Positions 1 to 7,917 of a stretch of 10,531 nucleotides of DNA are shown here, piece after piece. The notes beneath the pieces are model-generated. The model was not told the DNA's origin and searched no databases. It worked only from the letters and a program-made list of their open reading frames with translations. Origin of the DNA: Planctomycetota bacterium. Its GTDB lineage: Bacteria; Planctomycetota; GCA-002687715; DRQF01. The position numbers and the translations under genes are program-made. Location: contig JALTLO010000167.1 in NCBI GenBank assembly GCA_027001995.1, forward strand, positions 1 through 10,531. The letters run 5' to 3'. The first letter of the stretch is position 1. Every line of letters starts with the position of its first letter.

Positions 1-120
1 TACTTGAAGACTGAAGCCAAAGAAGTCAAAAATTGCACTTTCCGCACCATGAAAGTTGGAAAACCTGTCTGCCTTGTGCTCATCAACAGCACTTCTCTTG
101 CAACCGTGACACTCGATTGA
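1..120 (+). CDS. Possible 3' end of a convergent gene entering from the left edge (hypothetical protein, partial)
   Basis: Frame +1 is open from base 1 to TGA at 118-120 (YLKTEAKEVKNCTFRTMKVGKPVCLVLINSTSLATVTLD*). It stops 9 bp from the stop codon of the minus-strand gene at 130, which fits a tight convergent junction. Only 39 codons are visible and no motif was recognised. Confidence 0.35.
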   Translation, partial: YLKTEAKEVKNCTFRTMKVGKPVCLVLINSTSLATVTLD

Positions 121-129
121 AATAGCGCC

Positions 130-2736
130 CTATTTGAAATCCCGGTAGTGATAAGGGTTGCCGTAGTCATGACGGCCCTCCCACAAGAAAGCTCGCATCT
201 GTTCGATCAAACGATCTCGGATGATTGGCTCTCGATCATGAAGATTCACTAACTCCTTCGGGTCGTTTTCAAGGTCGAAAAGCAAAGCGTAGTTTTCTCG
301 GCGGTGGTAGTGGAGCTTCCAGCGGCCATCTTCAATGAGTGAATAAGCATCTTCAAATGAGCAAAAAGAAACTATATATTTCCTCTCCAACTTATCTTGC
401 TTGCCCATGGCCAAGCCCATGAGGCTCACACCGTCAAAGGCATTTTCTGACCCAGGACTTAGAATGCCCAAGATCGTTGGGGCCACGTCAATAGTTGAGA
501 CCGCAGCTTTGACTTGGCGATGCTCCACGCCTGGGATCTTGAAGATAAATGGCACACGAATCTGTTCTTCGTAAGGCAAAAACCCAGCCCACCTTCCGTG
601 CTCCATCAACCCCGTACCGTGGTCCGCCACAAGAAGAATAATGGCGTCATCATAAACACCTAGTTCTTTCAGAGTGTCAAATGCTTCCTTGGTCAAAGCA
701 TCAACCTTAGCGGTCTCGCCATCATAGAGATCGACGTTCCCTTGGCCAAAGTCAACCACGGCATTGCGATTGCGCCAAGGAAAATGGGTGCCGGTCAGAT
801 GCAAGAACGTCAGGCTACCATTCAGCCCTGCCTTACCTTCGACTTTCACAATACTACGCCAAGCCTCGATGACATTGTTCGTCTTCTCCGGATCAGGGCG
901 TTCCCGGTCAAGGCCCTGAGGATGCAGGGCTAAATGGCGAAACTCCGAACCATCCATCTCAGCCGCGTCTCCACCCCGCTTGAATGAATCGAGACTCACA
1001 CCATTGTAATCCGTCCCCGTAGCCGTGATCAAAAACTTACGATAGCCTCTCTTTCGCAACGCATGAACAAAGAATGGCTCATGGTCACGGCTCAGCATGT
1101 AGCGAGTTGAATAGTGGCCAGTGAAAAGATGTCGAACACCACAAGTTGTCGCCGTAGCCCCGCTATAAGCCTGTTCAAAAACAACAGACTCCTTGGCGAA
1201 TTCATCCATGTGAGGAGTTGTGGGTCTCTCATAGCCATAGGCCCCCATGTGATCGGGTCTGGCCGCATCCCACAATACGATGACAATGGGAGGCCTCTTC
1301 CCCACCAAAGGCGCTGGGACAAGAGTGGGAAGCTGAGACTCCTGAGGCCCATGCTCGACGAATTCCACAGACGTTGGCACATATCCCGCGTCGTCCGTCA
1401 GCCGGATGATCTCTCGAAAGCTCGATTTCTTCATCATGAAACCAAAGCGTGAATACTCATTGATGATCAAAGCGACGTTGCCATTCAAGGGACGAAAAGA
1501 ACTGCCAAAGCCGAAGACAATCACGATGAGAAACATCCAGATGCCAACGGCCTTTGGTTGTCCTGTCCGAAAACGCTTGGTTACGAATGCAAGGGCAAAA
1601 AAGGTCAAGACCGAAACATTAACGGCACTGATGACGCTTAGGAGGATGAGGCGACTGCGAAAATCTTCTAGTTCTGGATAGGCCATGTAAACCAGAGCAA
1701 ACTCCCACACCACAGAAACCAGAAAGAACGCAGCAAAAAGCGCCTGGGGTCTCTTGCGAACCTTTTCACCCAGTTTTCCCGGTAGAGAGGCGACCGGGAG
1801 GCCAAGAATCGAAAGAAAAAGCAGCCCCCAGGCGGATGCCCGCGTACAGGGCTCGCCGTCAAAATGAGCAAAACCAATGGCCACCAAATTTCGGGACATC
1901 AACCGAGCCAATGCACCCCAAAGAAAGAGAAGGAGGGTTATGGTCGGAAGCAGAACTCCCGTCTTGGTAATCTCATCACCAATAACACTGAAAAGGCCCG
2001 AAGCAATGAAACCCGTCGCCACCAAAGCAACCACCAAGCGGGAACGCCGAATCGCCCCCCAGGCTGCCTCTGTTTCTTTGCGAAGTAGGCGATCGACGAT
2101 CATCGGGACGACGTAAAGCAAACTGGTGGTCGCCCCAAATGTAATCGACAAGTCAATCAAGCGAATCCGATAAGACCACAATGCGTCCTCGGCGAAAAGC
2201 CAACCAGCAAAGGACGCGGTATAGGTAAACGATTCAATCAAGCCGATGGCAAGAGCGGCCAATGCCGCCACCATGCCAAGTTCAGCCCACCAAACCACGA
2301 TGTCGCGCCAAGTCAAATCAGCCAAGGCCCTGCGGTAGTTGGCCACACCCTCTTGAGCCCCCTTATTCGCTTGAGAGAAGTTTCGCTGATCTCTCAGCTC
2401 ATCAATCAAGAAAATCACAAGAATCGCCGGGGCAAATGCGATGGGTAAGAAAATCCCAGCGACAAAGAAGACACAACCCAGAAAGCTGAGGATCGCCCTT
2501 TGCTTTTGGTGCAATCGCAGGGCCATCCGCGACTCGATGAGAAGCACGATGGCGGAGCATGTGACAAGCACCAAAGCAATCCATGCGATTGGATCTAAGA
2601 TTCCATAGAGGAATCCGGCGGCCTGGAACTCGTCCCCAGGAATGGCGCCTGTGGATTGGACCTGGCCAATCATCCATCCACATAGCTGACAGACAAGAGC
2701 CGTCGCTAAGAGCAAACGGGAACGTACGCGTTTCAT
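130..2736 (-). CDS. Polytopic membrane protein with a C-terminal sulfatase-like (alkaline phosphatase superfamily, LTA synthase-like) hydrolase/transferase domain
   Basis: Long ORF. Preferred start is ATG 2736 (MKRVRSRLLL..., 868 aa), 13 bp after the upstream stop with TAAGGA upstream. The ORF track starts at TTG 2763. The N-terminal ~420 aa carry roughly 11-12 hydrophobic segments. The C-terminal domain has PPIVIVLWDAARPDHMGAYGYERPTTPHMD, AYSGATATTCGVRHLFTG, HLTGTHFPW, YDGE, LVADHG, YEEQIRVP, STIDVAPTIL and LFDLENDPKE, the motif series of sulfatase-like proteins. Confidence 0.88.
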   Translation of the reverse strand: MKRVRSRLLLATALVCQLCGWMIGQVQSTGAIPGDEFQAAGFLYGILDPIAWIALVLVTCSAIVLLIESRMALRLHQKQRAILSFLGCVFFVAGIFLPIAFAPAILVIFLIDELRDQRNFSQANKGAQEGVANYRRALADLTWRDIVVWWAELGMVAALAALAIGLIESFTYTASFAGWLFAEDALWSYRIRLIDLSITFGATTSLLYVVPMIVDRLLRKETEAAWGAIRRSRLVVALVATGFIASGLFSVIGDEITKTGVLLPTITLLLFLWGALARLMSRNLVAIGFAHFDGEPCTRASAWGLLFLSILGLPVASLPGKLGEKVRKRPQALFAAFFLVSVVWEFALVYMAYPELEDFRSRLILLSVISAVNVSVLTFFALAFVTKRFRTGQPKAVGIWMFLIVIVFGFGSSFRPLNGNVALIINEYSRFGFMMKKSSFREIIRLTDDAGYVPTSVEFVEHGPQESQLPTLVPAPLVGKRPPIVIVLWDAARPDHMGAYGYERPTTPHMDEFAKESVVFEQAYSGATATTCGVRHLFTGHYSTRYMLSRDHEPFFVHALRKRGYRKFLITATGTDYNGVSLDSFKRGGDAAEMDGSEFRHLALHPQGLDRERPDPEKTNNVIEAWRSIVKVEGKAGLNGSLTFLHLTGTHFPWRNRNAVVDFGQGNVDLYDGETAKVDALTKEAFDTLKELGVYDDAIILLVADHGTGLMEHGRWAGFLPYEEQIRVPFIFKIPGVEHRQVKAAVSTIDVAPTILGILSPGSENAFDGVSLMGLAMGKQDKLERKYIVSFCSFEDAYSLIEDGRWKLHYHRRENYALLFDLENDPKELVNLHDREPIIRDRLIEQMRAFLWEGRHDYGNPYHYRDFK

Positions 2737-2749
2737 GATGAGGCGTTCC

Positions 2750-4189
2750 TTAGCCAATACCAAAGATTGGCAGGGTCAAAACTCGGTCTTTGTCTGCCTG
2801 GGGATTCTTAATGAGGATCAACAACTCAGGTGAGGACCTCTTAACTCCCTGCCAAAGTTGAGTGTCGAAGGGACGCACATGAAAACCCTTCTCCGTGTAC
2901 GCCGATGGAACATACCGCCGGACCTCCCATCCGTCCTCGCCTCTGCCATAGACGGCCACCTTCCCCTTCTCCGCCGGAGCCAGCACGAGAAGTTTTCCGT
3001 CCTTGGGATTCGGAATTAGCTTGATGGGCGCCCGAAACTGAACGCTTTTCACATTTCGAGTCATAGATATTTCGCAGGGCAGATCAAAACGGTCGCTCCA
3101 GAGAGCTGAGACCTCAAATCGCCCTCGGGTAATCTGCCGACGCATGGACAGGACCACGGGTAGAGATCTTTTCTGCATGACTTTTACTTGAGCCAAGACA
3201 TTGAGCTTAGACAGCTCAAGGAGAAAGAGGTCTTTCTTGCCGTCCCCATCCCCATCTTCAAGCCAGCGCCAAAGAACGTGGCCGGTAATGCGAAAGACAC
3301 GATCGGGCTTTTTACCTCGGCCGATTTCTCGCTTCCGGCCCTGGTAAACGAGAGTTGTCCCTGTGCCTGGGTCGACGTGGATCAAGTCGATGAGGCCGTC
3401 ATCGTCGTAGTCCAAACTCAAAGGTGGAATACGATGCTCGAACTTCACCACCTCATTGTTTTCGCTCAGGGGAGCTTTGCCCCATGGTTCCGGCGCGCCT
3501 GAGGGCAAGGATCGATAGGCATAATTCTTGTCTTGGCGAAAAAGAAGAGCTGGGCGTTTCTTGTCCAGAATATCTAAGGTGAAGTAGGGAACAGTGACCC
3601 GCGCTTTCATGCGATAACCAAGGCCGTAACCTAAGCTCTGCTCGCTGGTCAAACGGCCCTGGTTTAGACCGCAATCTTTCACCTGCCCATCCTCATTGCG
3701 TTCAAAAGTTCGAAGCCCTGTCAACGTTGGAACGACCCAATAGGCCACCTTGCCCAGGCCCCAGACAAAATTACGGGCCACGGGGGCCGCAGAAAGACGA
3801 CCTCGAAAAAGATCGCCATTGGCCGAAACCTTGGTGAAGGAGACTCCCTCACTGTCCTTGGGGATTCTCGCGCTTTGAACTCCTGTGGCAGTTTGGGCGA
3901 AAATCTCGCCGTAGCTTGTTTGCTGTCCCGAGTTTTCGAGGAAATCCCAAAGAAATGTCTGGGGAGGAAGGTCAAAGGACGCAACGATTTCCGGGCGCCC
4001 TTTGTTTCGCAGGCAAAATAGCGTGCTGCCGTTCTGAAGAATCACCAAACCCTTCTGGGGACCGACAACGGATGCCGCGTCAATTTGGCTGCCAATGGCC
4101 AGCACAGAGCCCTTGCAGGGCTCCTGGGTCACTCCCTGAAGAGCCCAAGCCAAGACAAAAAATAGGGGCAAAACTTGAGATCGGTTCAT
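2750..4189 (-). CDS. Secreted protein with FG-GAP/VCBS-like Ca-binding repeats (479 aa)
   Basis: ATG 4189 is preceded by GAGAG. The N-terminus looks like a signal peptide (MNRSQVLPLFFVLAWALQG). Two DxDxDGxxD motifs are present (LDYDDDGLIDLI at ~3380-3415 and EDGDGDGKKDLF at ~3224-3259). The sequence is rich in likely beta strands, consistent with a propeller. Confidence 0.75.
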   Translation of the reverse strand: MNRSQVLPLFFVLAWALQGVTQEPCKGSVLAIGSQIDAASVVGPQKGLVILQNGSTLFCLRNKGRPEIVASFDLPPQTFLWDFLENSGQQTSYGEIFAQTATGVQSARIPKDSEGVSFTKVSANGDLFRGRLSAAPVARNFVWGLGKVAYWVVPTLTGLRTFERNEDGQVKDCGLNQGRLTSEQSLGYGLGYRMKARVTVPYFTLDILDKKRPALLFRQDKNYAYRSLPSGAPEPWGKAPLSENNEVVKFEHRIPPLSLDYDDDGLIDLIHVDPGTGTTLVYQGRKREIGRGKKPDRVFRITGHVLWRWLEDGDGDGKKDLFLLELSKLNVLAQVKVMQKRSLPVVLSMRRQITRGRFEVSALWSDRFDLPCEISMTRNVKSVQFRAPIKLIPNPKDGKLLVLAPAEKGKVAVYGRGEDGWEVRRYVPSAYTEKGFHVRPFDTQLWQGVKRSSPELLILIKNPQADKDRVLTLPIFGIG

Positions 4190-4198
4190 GGAGCACTC

Positions 4199-4224
4199 TC
4201 ACGACGACTTCTTCGACATCGTGA
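4199..4224 (-). promoter_or_regulatory. Imperfect inverted repeat (hairpin) adjoining the ribosome-binding site of the FG-GAP gene
   Basis: The minus strand reads TCACGATG-TCGAAGAAGT-CGTCGTGA, an 8-bp stem with one G-U pair. Its 3' arm runs into the GAGAG upstream of ATG 4189. There is no U-tract, so it is not a classic intrinsic terminator. Confidence 0.3.
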
Positions 4225-4257
4225 TTTAGCATGAAACCGACAGTCGGGCCAGAATTC

Positions 4258-5619
4258 TCAATGACGGAAAAGGGCAAGCCACTTCGCTATCGCCTCTGGT
4301 TGCTCTTCTGGGGACACCCTTTCGTCCCAGCCCAAAGTGCTACCTTTCCACTCTGTGAGCAGATCTGCCAATTCTGCTTTCTCGTAGGGTTTTCCTTTGG
4401 TCATGATCTCTGCCAGTAGAGCCCCGAATTGAGGGTCTTGACTACCCAGGCGAACCAAAGAAAAAGCTGTCATTGTCCGCCAGCGCTTTGACCGGCCTGA
4501 TTCGCCGTACTGAGCTTCAAGTGCTTTGATGGCACCCTTCCCCCCCATGGCGCCCAAAGCCCTGGTGGCGGCAATGATGACACTTTCGTCACTATCTTTG
4601 AGCATGCCCATCAAGACAGAATACCCTAAGTCTCGAGGCATCCTCCCCATGGCCAAGGCCGCTCGGCTACGAACGGGAGGAGCTTCATCACGGGCGCAAA
4701 CCTCAACGATAACCCGTCGAGATTTGGGAGTGTCGATCTTCGCCAGGGCTTGAACGGCATAGGCCCTCAATTGCTGGTTAGAGGCTCCCAGGTCTTTATC
4801 GCCCAGGGCTTTGGCAATGTGCTCCGTGGCAAGATCACCCAACATTCCCAAATTGCGCCGAGCCTTCTCCATGTGCAAGAACTGATGATCCCCTAAGATC
4901 TTGACGTGATAACGAACCCGACGATCCAAGTCAGCATTTTCTCCCATCCTTGGCATAGGCCGAAGGGGCTTCATGGTCTTGATATAGTCTCGGTAAAGCT
5001 CAATCGCCTTCGATTTACGGGCCCAGCCGATGTCCGTGGCAAAACCAAAGTCTTTACCAGTGATTTCTTTGAGAATACGATTCGCCGACTCATTAGAAAG
5101 CGCCTTCCCTTCCAAACCAGCCACCAATATCGGAAGACCTTCTTTGCTGCCGAAACGCCACAGAGCTCGGGCCGCAAAGTGACGCACAACTTCATGTTCG
5201 TCAAAAAGTGCTGAGATGAGATCTGGCAGGGCTTGAATCAACGCCAAACGCTCTATGGCCAGAATGGCCGTCCAACGGAGATCTACCCGTTCATAGGGTT
5301 GGTTGAAAGACCCTTCAACGGTTCTATAGCCAAACACGGAGTCGTCTGGCTCCATGATAAAAGTCTGCTGTGTTCTGTCCTTCATGACATAAAGCAAAGC
5401 CTCAGCCACTTCCCGTGACACCGGTGGCCTGAGAGACTCCATCCGTTCAATGCGCTCTTCTGAGGCAGCGGTTTCGTCCCAAATCAATGCAGCCTGGGGG
5501 TCCGACACCAGCCTACCATTGGATCTCAAGGATGAATCCGCCGACTTGTCACCACATCCAGAGAGGGTGAGAAGTAGCGCCATAAGAAAATAGACAGCAC
5601 GGGGATTAGAAGGAGACAT
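4258..5619 (-). CDS. HEAT-repeat (PBS lyase-like) lipoprotein (453 aa)
   Basis: ATG 5619 with AGGAAG upstream overlaps the cytochrome gene end by 14 nt. It has a signal peptide with lipobox LSG-C22. HEAT-like units include LPDLISALFDEHEVVRHFAARALWRFG, QQLRAYAVQALAKI, DEAPPVRSRAALAMG and LKDSDESVIIAATRALGAMG. Confidence 0.85.
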   Translation of the reverse strand: MSPSNPRAVYFLMALLLTLSGCGDKSADSSLRSNGRLVSDPQAALIWDETAASEERIERMESLRPPVSREVAEALLYVMKDRTQQTFIMEPDDSVFGYRTVEGSFNQPYERVDLRWTAILAIERLALIQALPDLISALFDEHEVVRHFAARALWRFGSKEGLPILVAGLEGKALSNESANRILKEITGKDFGFATDIGWARKSKAIELYRDYIKTMKPLRPMPRMGENADLDRRVRYHVKILGDHQFLHMEKARRNLGMLGDLATEHIAKALGDKDLGASNQQLRAYAVQALAKIDTPKSRRVIVEVCARDEAPPVRSRAALAMGRMPRDLGYSVLMGMLKDSDESVIIAATRALGAMGGKGAIKALEAQYGESGRSKRWRTMTAFSLVRLGSQDPQFGALLAEIMTKGKPYEKAELADLLTEWKGSTLGWDERVSPEEQPEAIAKWLALFRH

Positions 5620-6877
5620 GGGATCTTCCTACTTCTGTGGATTCTTCGTTGCTCAGGTATGGTTGTAGCTTGTAGTAAAGTGTCAACTCAAGAACGCCGC
5701 CACCCCAATCTGGCAATTCGAACCACAGGAAACGAGACTCCCCAGCATGAAGCTGGGTGGATTCAGGGTAGAACACCTTTCGATCTGGGTTGAATGCGGG
5801 CAAGATGCGCACCTGGGTCAACTCAACATCAGCCCCTGCCCAGCTGATGGTATTCTTGAGGGCCGTGTTGGGCTTGTCTTTGAAGGGGTTGATGTTCTCA
5901 AACTCGTTGCGATAAGGATTGCGGAATCGAGCCAAGCGTACAGCCTCTTGAGGTTTTCCATTCTTGGGCAAGAAGCGGGCATACAGATCAACGGCCCTGT
6001 GGCGCTCATCCGAGGGGAAATTATGGCCCGTCCCCGTATTCTTCACTTCGATCAAGACACCACGCTTCAAAGTGGTACCAGACTTGGGCTGCCACTTGCG
6101 TTTGGTGAGGGTGGCGATTTTGTCTGCCAGAGAGTCCCCTTCCTTCACCGCAACAGCTCGGACAATGCCAGCCGTCTTCAAGATCCCAGCATCATGGCCC
6201 CCTTTGAAGCCATGACCTCGGTGAGTCTTGCGACTCCCCCCCTTGGTTCCTGGACCTGGAGTGATTGGCATGTGGCAATCATTGCAGTCTTTGTAGTCCT
6301 CCGAGTCGACTTGGGAGTACTTGGAGCGCAACCAATCTTGCTCGACTTTATGCTGATCGTGACAGGGAGAGCAGAGCATAACTCGGCTCACGGGTTGCCA
6401 AGGAACAGGATTGCAAGGGGCCGTCTTGGCCATGGGACTGAGATCATTTGCGGCAGCCATCACGTTCTTGAACTTATGACAAGTGAAACAATTGACTCCA
6501 TCTTCCCGGCGAGTTTCCCGCTCGAGAGCCCGGTCGCCATAGCCCACCTCAATAAGCGGTCTCGGCGCGTGGCAGGGGATGCAGTCTTTGTTACGAAAGT
6601 TGTTGGACAGTTCTTTGCGCCTGGGTTCCGGATTCAGCCAAGCAAATTCGTGATGAGAACCCTTCCATTCGTCGTAGATCTCTTGATGGCAAGGGGCGCA
6701 ATCTGCAGATGACTTCAAAAGAAGAGGGCCATGGCCATCTGTTTTCGGCAAAATGATCTTGTCACTCTCAGGATTTCCGATCGAAACCTTGCCAGGCTCT
6801 TGATTGACCAGGTTGTAGGCAACCACAGCGATGCCAAGTAGCGACAAGACTAAGACAATTCTCAGATTCGAGTTCAT
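5606..6877 (-). CDS. Multiheme (five CxxCH) c-type cytochrome, cytochrome c554-like family, with an N-terminal membrane anchor/signal and a C-terminal non-heme domain (423 aa)
   Basis: ATG 6877 overlaps the ATPase stop (ATGA), with GAGGGAG upstream. The N-terminus is hydrophobic (LRIVLVLSLLGIAVVAY). Heme motifs are CAPCH, CIPCH, CFTCH, CSPCH and CNDCH. Family-type contexts include CHQEIYDEWKGSHH, EDGVNCxxCH, CxxCHMP and VKNTGTGHNFP. Confidence 0.92.
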   Translation of the reverse strand: MNSNLRIVLVLSLLGIAVVAYNLVNQEPGKVSIGNPESDKIILPKTDGHGPLLLKSSADCAPCHQEIYDEWKGSHHEFAWLNPEPRRKELSNNFRNKDCIPCHAPRPLIEVGYGDRALERETRREDGVNCFTCHKFKNVMAAANDLSPMAKTAPCNPVPWQPVSRVMLCSPCHDQHKVEQDWLRSKYSQVDSEDYKDCNDCHMPITPGPGTKGGSRKTHRGHGFKGGHDAGILKTAGIVRAVAVKEGDSLADKIATLTKRKWQPKSGTTLKRGVLIEVKNTGTGHNFPSDERHRAVDLYARFLPKNGKPQEAVRLARFRNPYRNEFENINPFKDKPNTALKNTISWAGADVELTQVRILPAFNPDRKVFYPESTQLHAGESRFLWFELPDWGGGVLELTLYYKLQPYLSNEESTEVGRSHVSF

Positions 6878-7917
6878 GCGATTTCTCCCTCGACAAACCA
6901 AGGCTCACCCTTGGATTGAAGATGTACCCGATCCCCGATCGCAGGTCGTTTGGAGCTCCGCACAAGGATCACCTGTCCTTCAAGTTTAACTTCGAGCTGA
7001 TAATCACCGCCACAAAACGTCGCCGAAAGGACCTCAGCTTCGACGCCCATGTCACCCAAGGTGATCTGAAAGTCCCTGAGGATAAGACAGGGGTGCTTCA
7101 GTTTTTCTGCCGCTTCTGTCAAATCGAAATCTCCAAGGTTGGTCTTGAGAATGCGGCCATTTTCATCGCGGGTACCAGAGATCACGTTGCAATTGCCAAG
7201 AAACGTCGCGGCAAAAGCGCTGGTGGGGTGAGCGTAGAGTTCTTCAGGTTTAGAGATTTGTTCGATTTTTCCGTCTCGCATAAGAGCAATGCGATCACCC
7301 AACTCCATAGCCTCTGTTCGCGTATGAGTCACGTAGATCATCGTCGTCTCACTGCCAGCTTTGATCTCCCGCAAGAGTCGACGAATCTCACCAGACACTT
7401 CTGGGTCAAGAGATGCCAAGGGTTCATCCATTAGCAACACCCGCGGTTTGGTCACCAAAGATCGGGCTAAAGCCAATCTTTGGGATTCCCCCCCAGAGAG
7501 TTGGTTCGGCTTTTTCTTGGCCAAATGGTCAATTTTCAAGGCAACCAGCTGAGACTCTGCTAAGTCCAAAGCCGTCTTCTTGTCAAACATGTCAGCAAGT
7601 ACGAAAAGGAGATGCTCCATGACGGTCATGTGAGGCCAAAGTCCCAGATCTTGAAAGACAAAACCAACCCCACGTTCCTGGGGTGAGTCGTTCTGCCCTT
7701 GGATGCTTGACGCCACCAAACGCTCGGCGATTCGAATCTCGCCACTTTTCACATCTTCGAGACCAGCAATGGCCCGCAGAAGTGTTGTTTTTCCGCAACC
7801 AGACGGACCCAAAAGAGCAAGGAATTCGCCCTTCTCAACTTGGAGCGAAACGTCATCAACCGCTCTCTGCGTTCCAAAAGACACACAGACATGGGTAAGT
7901 TGGAGTGCTTGCCTCAC
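6874..7917 (-). CDS. ABC transporter ATP-binding protein, FbpC/PotA class (347 aa)
   Basis: GTG 7917 overlaps the permease stop (GTGA). Motifs are Walker A GPSGCGKT, Q-loop GFVFQD, signature LSGGESQR, Walker B LLMDEP and H-loop YVTH, followed by a TOBE-like beta-rich C-terminus. Confidence 0.96.
   Translation of the reverse strand: MRQALQLTHVCVSFGTQRAVDDVSLQVEKGEFLALLGPSGCGKTTLLRAIAGLEDVKSGEIRIAERLVASSIQGQNDSPQERGVGFVFQDLGLWPHMTVMEHLLFVLADMFDKKTALDLAESQLVALKIDHLAKKKPNQLSGGESQRLALARSLVTKPRVLLMDEPLASLDPEVSGEIRRLLREIKAGSETTMIYVTHTRTEAMELGDRIALMRDGKIEQISKPEELYAHPTSAFAATFLGNCNVISGTRDENGRILKTNLGDFDLTEAAEKLKHPCLILRDFQITLGDMGVEAEVLSATFCGGDYQLEVKLEGQVILVRSSKRPAIGDRVHLQSKGEPWFVEGEIA

Noticed and set aside
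1..50. Possible start of another minus-strand gene (MVRKVQFLTSLASVFK...)
   Set aside because: Only 16 codons are visible and there is no clear ribosome-binding site. The open plus-strand frame ending at 120 is at least as plausible.
4115..4189. Cys25 of the FG-GAP protein as a lipoprotein attachment site
   Set aside because: The context QEP-C does not match a lipobox and lies several polar residues past the hydrophobic core.
5747..6712. 321-aa plus-strand ORF antisense to the cytochrome gene
   Set aside because: It lies wholly within a well-supported minus-strand gene, has no recognisable motif, and is best explained as an antisense shadow ORF.
5606..6877. Identifying the cytochrome as NrfA, NrfB, HAO or MtrA
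   Set aside because: There is no CxxCK motif (NrfA), the heme count does not fit HAO (8) or MtrA (10), and the protein is much larger than NrfB with a heme-free C-terminal domain. No porin or quinol oxidase partner is in the window.
6878..6901. ORF-track start of the cytochrome at TTG 6901
   Set aside because: ATG 6877 has a good Shine-Dalgarno sequence, forms an ATGA overlap with the ATPase stop and directly precedes the hydrophobic signal.
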